Position numbers and translations under genes: made by a program. 20,000 nucleotides of DNA from Paraglomus brasilianum. Lineage: Eukaryota. Positions 1 to 10,134 of this stretch are shown here, in pieces; position 1 is the first letter of the stretch; each line of letters begins with the position of its first letter. The notes beneath the pieces were generated by a model. That model made no database searches and was not told where the DNA came from. It was given only the letters and a program-made list of their open reading frames with translations. The stretch is from positions 52,073 through 72,072 of the forward strand of contig CAJVPI010000039.1 in assembly GCA_910592345.1 (NCBI GenBank). Reading direction: 5' to 3'.

Positions 1-1421
1 AAATGGCAGTGATAGGTTGGATTGTTCAGTTGCATATGCTAATTGGAACAGGAGACGGATGTGAGATGACATTAGCTATGGACACGAATAGGCAGAAAAC
101 GAGTACTTACCGAGATATTCACTTATGACTGTTGAGAACGGTTTAGGTTGTGTGCCATACAACTCTAATGAAGGAAAATTACCACTTTATTAAAATTTAG
201 GAAAGTGTGTATCATTTATATTCTTCGTATTACCTTGCTCAATATCGGAAAGAAACAACGGATCTTTTATGACTAAAAAACCGTAAAATGTACACTTAGT
301 TCACAAGTTTTTAACCGTTTTATATTTCTTTCTGCTTACCCTTTCTTCCTATCATAACTCCGTCTACATTATTCAAATGCTCGTTAATACTTTCAATGCT
401 ATCGATTCCTCCGTTGATGGAGAAATTTATGTGAGGAAATTCCTCTGCTATCCGACGAACTCGCGAATAATCCAACGGAGGAATTTGCCGATTCTTCTTT
501 GGAGAAATACCGTTAATCCAACATTTTCTCGCGTGTATTATAATATGTCTAACTATATCTGTCTTCGACAAAACGGAAATCTGCGTGGCAAAAAGAAGAG
601 TAATGATGGTATACAACAATACTAACATAGCCGATGAATCCTCATGATTCGTAATATTGATCACATACAAATCTAGACAAATCTTCATACGAATCTACTT
701 CATCAACACCAGTTCTGCATTTGATTGTAACAGGAATGTGTACACCTTTCTCTTGGATCGCATAGAGAATTTGAGCAAGCTTTTCCGGTGTCTTCATCAA
801 CGTTGCGCCAAAGCAACCACGCTATAAAAATATACTATAATTTCTTGAACTCTGTATTGCATCTGCAGCTCATGTATATTTTAGTTATACCTGTACTCTT
901 GTACTTGGACATCCTAATAACATCAACCACAGATTATTTTTGATAACTCATGCTCGTGACGTCTGTATCTCGATTGGACACTTACCGCAATTGATATTGA
1001 CTTCCTACCATCCATTCTCTTCGATTATTTTCACCGCCATTGCCATAGCTTCTGGCTCCGATCCACCCAATTGAACCACCGCGTCTTTGATTACCGGTCC
1101 GATAAAATGGGAAATAGTTGATCTGTGTTTTATTATTGCATTACAATGAACCATTTCTGTATAAAGTTTCACGTTTTGCGAGAGCAGACGACAGAGGTGA
1201 AAAAAGTGCTGGTGAGAAGGATAATGAGTGAGAATGTGTGTGGAATAGATAAATGCCGACACAATTAGCTTACAAACTTTGTCAGTGACGTCGAGCATCG
1301 GAGCCACTGCTATCGGTTTGTCAAGACGACTCCTGTTGGCAAAAGTTTTAAAGGTACGAAACATATGTTTGCTACTACTACGGGCATTTAGTTTGCATCT
1401 CATCATTGTCAGCGAGTGCAT
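1..1421 (-). CDS. dusA: Bacterial-type (DusA family) tRNA-dihydrouridine synthase, spliced; 3' end beyond the window; one in-frame TAG at 1005-1007 (possible pseudogene or null allele)
   Basis: Exons with GT-AG boundaries and consistent phases: 1421-1278, 1208-986, 913-891, 821-669, 580-340, 272-234, 164-111, 38-<1. The translation has DusA motifs APMLDVTDKH, LYTEMV, QLGGS, EVNINCGCPS..VQ.GCFGA.LM, PVTIKCRTGVD, IIHARKCW.NG.SPK.NR.IPPL.Y, INGGI and DGVMIGR. Confidence 0.9.
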
Positions 1422-1763
1422 TCGCTACGTTTGCAAAGATCGTAATACCAATCATGCCACAGTCAAAGCCACATGATGTGATAATCGAATTATTTTAAAG
1501 AGAAACAATTTATTTATTTGTATTAACTGTTCTACAGCTGAATTAACAAAGGATATAAATATAAATGATTACTTTAATTTAGCGATTTTAGTAACGGTCT
1601 TGAAATTCTAATTCCTAATCGAACAAGACATTGTTAAACCTCTATTACTATATCCAAGTTTCACTGTCAAAAGTTTGACATATTAATATCTATTTAGTAG
1701 ATCAACCAATGACATTGCATAATTCTATGGTATATAAAGACACGAAATCTGTTCAATCCCAAC

Positions 1764-4700
1764 ATGACAATGGCAGAACCAACGTCAGCCGGAGGTTCAG
1801 CTTCAGATCCCAATGCTACAAAGACCGTGCACTCCTATATTTCTGATCTCCAGGACTTGATCAAAACGGCTCAGGAGAACTGGGGCTTGACAGCCGAAAC
1901 GCAATTTTCTTCAGACCAATCCCTTGCAAAATCGACCAAAGCCACGGACTCTGCAAACGGTACAGAAAAGTGAAACTTGGGCATTGCCTAAATATTTCGG
2001 CCCGTGAGACTTTATAACGCCAACACGAAATATTCTTCGAACTTTCCTTAAGCAATTCACCCACTCGGTCCCGTAAATGTTGGTCGGCTAGCAAGTGAAT
2101 TTAAACAGAGGATTGACGCTGTTCGAAACATATTGAAGACTTTCCAGGAAACTACACTCAATCAAGCGAGTCTCGAGTCTAATTTAGACAGTTCATTGAG
2201 GAAATTATTGCAGGTACCGCAATGGTTAATCATTTTAATATCATGTGGACGATGGGTCAAGAATGTGATGGCTGAACGTGTTTCTTACTCCATTCATAAG
2301 AATGAATCAAAGAACTTACGCGCTGTTTCGGAAGTGCAAGAAAGCATTAAAGTTTGCAAAGCTCTTGCATTGAACGCAACCAAGTATGGCGTGGCCCGCC
2401 CTGACATGATTGTAAAACAAATCGAAAGAGTAGCGGATGATCTTGGGTTAATAGTCACTTGGTTTCTCTTTACTGTTAATTTGTCTGTAAGCGAAGGAAC
2501 CTTGTTAATTACGGATATTGTAGATTGAATTACTTGTTCGACGAAGAAACGCGGTCAACTTCTACGCTTGCAGGACAGCTTATCGTTGTAGATGTAAGTT
2601 GTATGATGTTTAACTTTAGGCTGTTGACGTTTATACAAGTGAGTCTCGATATAACGACACTGCTATATAACGACATCTTGTTATAACGACAGAAATTTTG
2701 GAACAAAAATTTAATATTGCTTAGTTGTCGTATGTAAGTTAATTCTTGATATAAGGACATTCTCGATATGGTGACCATTTGGATTGGAACCGAGCGTGTC
2801 GTTATATCGAGACCCACTTGTATATGTTTGGGTGATTATGAAATTACATTCTTGTCTTGTGACTTTTCTCTTGTTAATCATAGATAGACTTTGATCCAAA
2901 GACGTATGCTATTACTCACGTGAGGTTTACTCGTGCGTCTGATAAAGGGGAAGAGAACCAGGTAATGAACATATTATTACCATTCGAACCGTTCGTTATA
3001 ACCTCATCACTAATACAATTTTTTCCAATATAGGTCAACAATCTATTGACGAGCCAATTGAGGTCAGACGAATAAGAATGGATCTGTCTGTATGGATATT
3101 ATCACCTCAACCCTTTTTAACAAATCTTACAGGTCAAAGGATTTAAAATCGTTTAAGACGAATTTGTCTGCACTGGCAAAAATGGATGCTTTGTATAAAA
3201 TACATTCTGTTGACTTTTATTCGGCTGTGAAGTGTATTGCCAACGATATCCGTTCGATCTATGAAAAAGAACAGTAAGTGTACGATAATATGATATAGAC
3301 ACTATTTAATTTTATATATTCAGCAACTTCATTAATTACGTTCATTATCAGCACAGTTTGTATGGGAAACACTCCAAGAATATTGTTAGATGGCCATGGC
3401 ATTGCACTTAGCGACGTAGATCGGGTTGGACCATCTATTGCGTACTGGACAGCAAAGTACAACATATTAGAAATAGACTGGACACCATTTGCAGATGTCA
3501 ATTTAAAAGGTAATACGGAACGCTTTTGCGGGACTTTGTTGTAAGCTACCTTTTTTACTAATTGGCACGACGGTTGAATATGTAACTAGGCGTTGATCAT
3601 GATATACTGCGATCGTTTCATCGTTTGTGGATTAATATAGAAGAATCTCAAGGCGTTAATAAGTTTCTACCTTCCGACAGCAGCCATTATTTGTTGGAAG
3701 ATGAAGCGAATGAGGATGCATTGAAAGAGCTGTAAGTAATTCAATGTTTTTATCAGTACAACTCGTACAAGATTTCATTCTATACTTTAAGGTTATAGAG
3801 GTGGGTGCTTATCTTATCCGTTTCCGCAGATACGATATCACTACATCCGATATTACGTTTTCAATATTGCCGACGCCATTGAAATTTATACATCCAAAGG
3901 CCAATTCACTGCCATCGGCTCGCGTGCATTTCGTCGCAGTACTGGAGCCATCAGTATATGTATCTGATAGTGTGGCTCGAGCTTTGGGCAATCTGGCAGC
4001 GATTACTAGCCGAGGTGAATATAGGGCCGATTTCAATGAACGTAACCATGCATATTAGTGATAACAATGAAAACAATGGCATAAGATACTGACTGCATGT
4101 CTATGCGAAATAGGATTTATAGTAAATAGTGCTTACGAAAAAAGAGACAATAGAGGCTTAGCACTCGAACATCTGCTGGTAAGCTTTAAAATTTTTGAAT
4201 ACAATTTGTCAATGAACAAAATACTCATCGATCATTCACAGATACAAGATGCCGTTCCGGAACCAACATTAACAGCCTTAAACAAGGCGCTTAGTCCGGA
4301 GACTCGTTGGGAAATGGTTAGTCACTGATTACACGATTAATTTTCATACGTTAAGGAGATATTCATTGCCAAGTTTAATAAATGCGTTCTTATCAACAAA
4401 ACAGCTATTCGAAGACTCAACGTACGTGCAAGTATATTCGTTCGAGAACCTACTCTTGACTAGTGCAAAGAAGATTCAGCGAATTCCATTCACTCACCCT
4501 GATCAAGTATACGGGTTTACAAAGGTAATAATAGAATGGGCGTATGAATTGTTTGTTGCAGTATAATTTTCGTGGGGATGTTAACATATTCTGTGCTACA
4601 TCAATAGCTCTTGAGGCAGCAACTTGTGTTTAACACACTCTTCCAAAGCTGTTTCAACGCAAGTAGTTATAGAAGCACGCTTTCTACAATGCATTCATGT

Positions 4701-5177
4701 TTTGAAGCATCTCTTGCAGGTTAGTGAATATGTTTAGATGTCGTAATTCAATATTAATATGTCTAACAAACTCTACCGTTTTAACCTCACCATGTTTACG
4801 AAATCCTGGCTTGACGATATACATATGCAATAGAAGCCCTTTATTCAGTCCCAGCAAGGGTGCATGTTAAAATAGAAACTCAGGATCCGCCCAACCGCAT
4901 ATTTGTTACTCTTCATATAAGTAATGGATCATTCATTACTTTACAGATTCATATCGCACCGGAAGATGCTCAACCATATGTAATGTGTCATGCGGATGAT
5001 ATTCAACTGGATCATGCAAGGTTGACACGCATATTACAAGCATGTCAGAATATACCAATGCTTGTTCGTTGCATATTAAATGCACTCACTGGAACTATTC
5101 CTATGATCACTGAAAGTGAAGCACCGATCGATGTCACAATGGAGACCGATCCTGTTGAATTGAATTTTGTGTTGTAA
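1764..5177 (+). CDS. MED1: Mediator of RNA polymerase II transcription subunit 1 (spliced, about 15 exons)
   Basis: Exons approx. 1764-1959, 2053-2213, 2301-2446, 2524-2593, 2884-2961, 3034-3062, 3133-3273, 3352-3509, 3590-3732, 3830-4014, 4114-4178, 4242-4316, 4405-4524, 4608-4719, 4849 (or 4834)-5177. Med1-type motifs TLAGQLIVVDIDF, GHG...GPSIAYW and RIPFTHPDQV...LLRQQLVFNTLFQSC. Confidence 0.8.
2636..2820. mobile_element. 185-bp MITE of Tc1-mariner superfamily, pogo/Tigger-like, inside MED1 intron 4
   Basis: 25-bp TIRs CAAGTGAGTCTCGATATAACGACAC (2636-2660) and GTGTCGTTATATCGAGACCCACTTG (2796-2820) match at 24/25. TA flanks both sides (2634-2635, 2821-2822). ATAACGAC is repeated three times at the left end. 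No transposase-like ORF. Confidence 0.9.
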
Positions 5178-5768
5178 ATTATAATATGGTGAGAACAATA
5201 CATCAAACTGTCAGCAGACAAGTACCCATTATTAGTCGAAAGCAACTACTATATTATTTCGACCAATAATTTATACTACACTTGGAAACAGATGTCTGAG
5301 CAAAAGCATCTTTTTCAATCTTTTTTCTGTTGTTGGTCTGGGGGCGAGCGCCAAAAGAATTTGCCGAGAATGTGTTGCCATAATTGGTTCTCTTGACATC
5401 CCAGACTGCATAGCCGCTCTCATATTCGTCTTTCAATTGCAAATACTTTTGATATCTGTAAACTGATTAATGGCCAGGATAGGCATTGATTGTTGTTCCG
5501 CTCGAACAAAATCTCAAAAGGGCAAAAAATAAAAATTTGTTTCAGTTAAATTGAGACCGTCATGTTAGCAATTAACAGCATTTCATTCAATTTACGCGAC
5601 TAATGTTAACATGACCCTTAAAGATTAATTCCCAATACCTGACCCAATACCAGCATTTAATTCCATCAGCCTATAATATCCGAATGTTGTATCCACCAAT
5701 CGGAGATTTTTCATTAAAATGTCACCCATAAACTTCGAAAATGTTGATCTTTCGATTTTCTTAATGAA

Positions 5769-7261
5769 ATGAATCAGCTATCATCTCCAACCGAAGCCGC
5801 CTCTTTTTTCCGATCAAAGATCGAAGAATCATTCCAAAAAACGTCGGCCACATTAAATCAATGGAAAACGTATCTAACTGACTATGAAAACTTACAGAAA
5901 ACTCTCAAGACACTAGATGAAGAAACCGAATACAAAGCAATGGTGAGTGATTACGTTATCCGAGATCATATTATAATATGATAGTAATTATAACTCTTTA
6001 TGACAGGTCCCAATAGGCAAAATGGCATTTATGCCAGGGAAGATTGTTCACACGAACGAAATATTGGTGCTACTTGGGGATAATTGGTTTGCAGAACGTT
6101 CTGCTAAGCAAGCCATTGAGATAATTGAGCGTAGATTGGAATGTAAATACACCGACGAAAGAACTGTCTTCTAAATTCTACGTTCTGTTTCTTTGAACTC
6201 ACGTTTACAATGTCTTTTAATTTGAGTGGTAAAGAAAACAATAGATGACCTAGAGGTTCAACTTCAGGACCAGTTAACGAAAATCGGGCTGGCTTCTGAA
6301 GTCTTGGAAGGCGCTGTTAATAGCACAAAGGTTAGATGAACTATATGATTATAAACAAAACCTCTTCTGTCTCATGAAATATGATAGTGCTTCACAGTTG
6401 AACGAAGAAGGCTTACCATTTGTTGAAATTGTCGAAGAATATCATGATGAAAAGACAGAGCAAACTAAAGCCGAAAGTATGTTCTTTTGCTTCCAATGTT
6501 ATGGTACTACTTACAAGCAATTGATTTCTTTATTGTTTCAGTTAATGCTATTCGTCAACCAACGCAAACACCAAGTCTATCAGCAGCAGATCATCCATCA
6601 CTCAGAATTTTTGATACTTTTCTGAAAGAGGAAGAAGAAGAATTAAGACGAGAGCGAGAACAATTAGATGAAGACACCTCGACAGAGGAGACCGGCGATT
6701 CAGACGACGATGAGAACTATGTAGAACAAGACATATTTGAGTCTTCGGAGGACGATAGCTCCCAAGTGGGGAGAACAGACCCAGTGAGCGCTCTAGTGGA
6801 CGATAAGTCCCAAATAAGAAGAAAAGACCCAGTCAGTGCCGTAGTGGTCGAGAGGGATACGAATACCAACGTCGATATCGATGAACTTGAAAATGAGATC
6901 TGGACCCGAGAGGTTTGTAAAGGAATATGTTTGTATAACGAGGGAATGAGATAATACATTGTCCGACCCGTTTTTTGTGAACTTTTTTTTTTGTCTTTCG
7001 ATAACAGTACTAACGATCCGCTTGTTTTAAAGATTACCTCCGAATATAATCAAAGACGTCAATCTATGATAGCTCAATACGGTGGATTTAATACACCTGT
7101 TGAGGTAATCATTTTCTTTTCTCTTTGACCCCATTTCTGTCACGCTAATTGACACGTTTACGCGTAATATAAAGGAAAAAGAGGTCCCCCAGGCGGATGA
7201 CAAACCTCGTAAGAAGATTTCTAGATTTAGGGCAGCAAGATTGCAAGGTAACTTAGACTGA
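5769..7261 (+). CDS. URI1: Unconventional prefoldin RPB5 interactor (URI1/Bud27-like), 7 exons
   Basis: Exons 5769-5942, 6007-6142, 6227 (or 6245)-6330, 6398-6476, 6542-6912, 7033-7104, 7175-7261. Prefoldin-alpha segment MVPIGKMAFMPGKIVHTNEILVLLGDNWFAERSAKQA, the LNEEGLPFVEI motif, an acidic region, and C-terminal KKISRFRAAR. Confidence 0.9.
6751..6846 (+). repeat. Imperfect in-frame 48-bp tandem duplication in URI1 exon 5
   Basis: DDSSQVGRTDPVSALV / DDKSQIRRKDPVSAVV; tcccaa and agacccagt recur at a 48-nt period. Confidence 0.7.
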
Positions 7262-7829
7262 CTGAATGCTTAGTGTTAGTATTAGTGAGAGATAAGGTAA
7301 GAGTCTCTTGATATCGCAACAAAGTGAATGTACAGACATGCACTGGTGTGGTGAGATAACAACTAGTGCACATAACGTACTCTAATGGCATTCTGTAAGA
7401 GACGCGACTCTTAATCATTGCATTTCATTTTTTAATTCTATAAAGATAACTCATAAAGGAATGTCTGTTCTCGATAAGATGAAGTCGTCAAATGTTCATA
7501 TTATCGAAAGATCATTGCAACGAAAGATCCCGTTATAACGAAGATCATATTTGAGTCACGTGAAAAATCGTTATATCGAGCGAAAATTTCTTTATTCAGA
7601 TAATTATTCTATCTTAGAAAAGAATCTAAGGTGCCTTGTCGCTTCGCTTTTTAAATTTCGAAAGCCAGCCGTCTGATGCACTGAAATTCCCGATATTCGC
7701 TAGAGTTGCAAAAGCTATGGCTTTTCTTCACAAAATATGACTAGATATGACTTGTGAGACTTGATTAGCGTGTCTACCCACGTATAAAGAGCTTTTTCAA
7801 TTACAGGATATGCGGCAATTCGATCGCCA

Positions 7830-8070
7830 TACAAAATCAAATCAACCACATCATCAACAACGCATTTACCAGTATTACCAGTAGGAAATAAGAAATTCAT
7901 ATGATTCATGAAGCAATAGACTACATCAACAACATACAGCAACCAGTAGAAAGAACACAATCCGATTTCAAAATTAGAACAAACTTACCGTCATTATTAC
8001 GCATACGTCAAGGCGCAAGAGTAATGTACCTAAATAACTCATTAATAGAAAAGAGTATTGCAACGGGACG
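7830..8070 (+). pseudogene. Degenerate PIF1-family helicase fragment (possibly transposon or Helitron derived)
   Basis: EAIDYIN...FKIRTNLPSLLRIRQGARVMYLNNSLIEK resembles the PIF1 2B-region motif (L.LK.GA.VM.L.N). Frameshifts lie upstream, and no other helicase motifs are present. Confidence 0.65.
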
Positions 8071-8939
8071 GAATAGTCTGCTGGATATCCTGACAAACAT
8101 CTGTCAATATAAACTCCATATCGTCAATCCATCCATGCTTCTCCATTTCGTTCTCTACATACAGCAGCTAAAAAATCAAGTATGGAAGAAAGCCGCATAT
8201 GACACCGCTCATATTTTTCATGACGAAACGCAACGAATGCAATTCACGCATTTTATTCCCGAAATTGAAGCAATCGAATCTTTTCATTTAACAACATTTG
8301 CACGATGTATAATAATTGATTTGTCAAATTGATTAATCTCTATAAGCTACAACAAATTATGCACAATTCGCTTCTGATGTTTTCGAGTAAAGATTATTAT
8401 AGGTCATAATAATGATCGGATCAAACCGGCTACAAATATTTTATTCTTATTTAGAAAAAAATACATAATAGTACCCTTTTAGAAGAAAAATTTTACGCTA
8501 ACTTCACTGAACGATGTAGATTAAATTACAATACGATAATACGATAGACATCATCAATACGACAGTTGCAAACCGAAGTAATTATTAATTACATGTGAAA
8601 TTTTTTATACTACCAACGCTCCTGATATCACTTCCGATAAAGCTGAAATACTGAAGCTAAATCCAAACGCTCATTTACGATAATATGACTTTACAACGTG
8701 GAGGATTTATACTTCAGGTAATATAGAAGGTATGGACCACACACATAAACTGGAGCCAGTGATGGAAAGATACTACAAGAAAAGCATGACCTTGTGATGT
8801 TGAAATGTTTGAAAGATAATGCGGATAAACTCAACATCCGCTTATATTGTATAATTTTTAGAAAAGAAGAATCTTGCTGTGAAAAGAACAATAAAATTTA
8901 TATATAGGATTATCCATATATGAAAAATAATGAATACAA

Positions 8940-9620
8940 CGGTTCTACTGAATTTGAAAAAGCAATGCGTTTCTTGGAGATAGGTTGCAAATTGGTTGTT
9001 CGAAAAAGATCCCAAGAGAAAATTACGTGAGGCGTTTCAAGCTCTCTCTAGACCCGAGCAAGATATATTTTTAATGGCTCAACTGAAAGCAATGAATGGT
9101 GGAGAAATAACTGCCAGCCGATGTTTAAAAAAGAAAACGCGTACTAATAAAAGAACTTTTTACTATTGGGGTCGCAATACGCCTCTTTGCCAGAAAACGT
9201 ATCTCAATATGTTAGGAATTGGCCGCACTCATTTGGAAAACGCCAGAATAAGAAATCACTTGGCGACGAATGGTATATAAGCCACGTGTTCATGATAATG
9301 TAAAAAGAGTGCCGCGATGGAAAACCAAGATAACCATTGATATAACCGTTGCTACCGCCGTGAAGAATTTTTTTGAGAATTATGCTGAAATTCATGGACT
9401 ACCAAGTCCTGGTAGAAACGTCAATCGCATTACTCAATCGCTTACACTTTTACCCGCCGAAACTAGTTACAAATCAGTCTATCGCGATTTCATTGCAGGT
9501 CTCGAAAACGATAGCACGTTGAAATTGTTAAAATATGATGCGTTTCGCAAGTTATGGCTCCAATTAACACCTTACATTCAAATCATGAACCCAGGAACAG
9601 ATTTATGCGATACTTGCCCC
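8940..9620 (+). mobile_element. Frameshifted, truncated DNA-transposon ORF remnant (N-terminal part of a probable Sola-like transposase)
   Basis: Two intronless ORFs (8996-9280, 9270-9644) join through a 1-nt frameshift near 9277. Motifs LCQKTYLNMLGIG, PRVH, HGLPSPGR...LLP, FRKLW....PYI.IM.P.TDLCDTC. Similarity ends after the CxxC, and no DDE domain is seen. The family assignment is from memory of motifs. Confidence 0.55.
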
Positions 9621-10134
9621 CGAATGCTGAAAGCAATGCATTAATACACGAATATTAGTCTTGCAACCGTTACTTTACTATGGACCATGTCCGATTTATT
9701 CAACAGATTAGAAAAGATTGAGCAATCATTACCGAGAACAATGAATGCATACTATACTGATTTGCCCAGACTGTCGTATATGAACGGAGCAGTTCTTGTG
9801 TATGACACGTTTTATTTTCGCTACGGGCTGGAAGGGAGAGTTATGATAGATCTTCGAGGATTGACGATTCACCATCGCGTAATACCATCGATAAGCAGTA
9901 CTTGCATGAGTGTCAGAAATTTTCAATCGAAGATTTTGAGCAGGCGTAAACTGCACGACTTTATTTCAGAATTCTATTAACTCAACCATATTGACATGCA
10001 TGAAGCCTATCATATTTACCAGCAATTGGAAGAGAAGTACACCCGTAAAATAAAACCCGTGAATTGCAAGTTTATTCAAGAGTTTGAGTCGCTAAATTAT
10101 AAGACAATGGACGATGTTAATATTGTAAATTCAT

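Noticed and set aside
2043..2052. TTTCCTTAAG, resembling a U12 branch site in MED1 intron 1
   Set aside because: The donor is GTACAG, not RTATCCTT, and the motif is explained as a pyrimidine tract plus acceptor.
5254..5520. Minus-strand exon-like frame YQKYLQLKDEYESGYAVWDVKRTNYG between MED1 and URI1
   Set aside because: No recognisable family, an in-frame TAA lies just upstream, and no convincing first exon was found.
5631..5651. CCCAATACC direct repeat upstream of URI1
   Set aside because: Only two 9-nt copies, with no supportable function.
6221..6244. Rare GAG 3' splice site in URI1 intron 2
   Set aside because: An in-frame TAG acceptor at 6242-6244 also works; this cannot be resolved without RNA data.
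8690..8850. Possible decayed kinase N-lobe (RRYGP...VMLKCLKDN)
   Set aside because: Short, interrupted by stops, and too weak to support.
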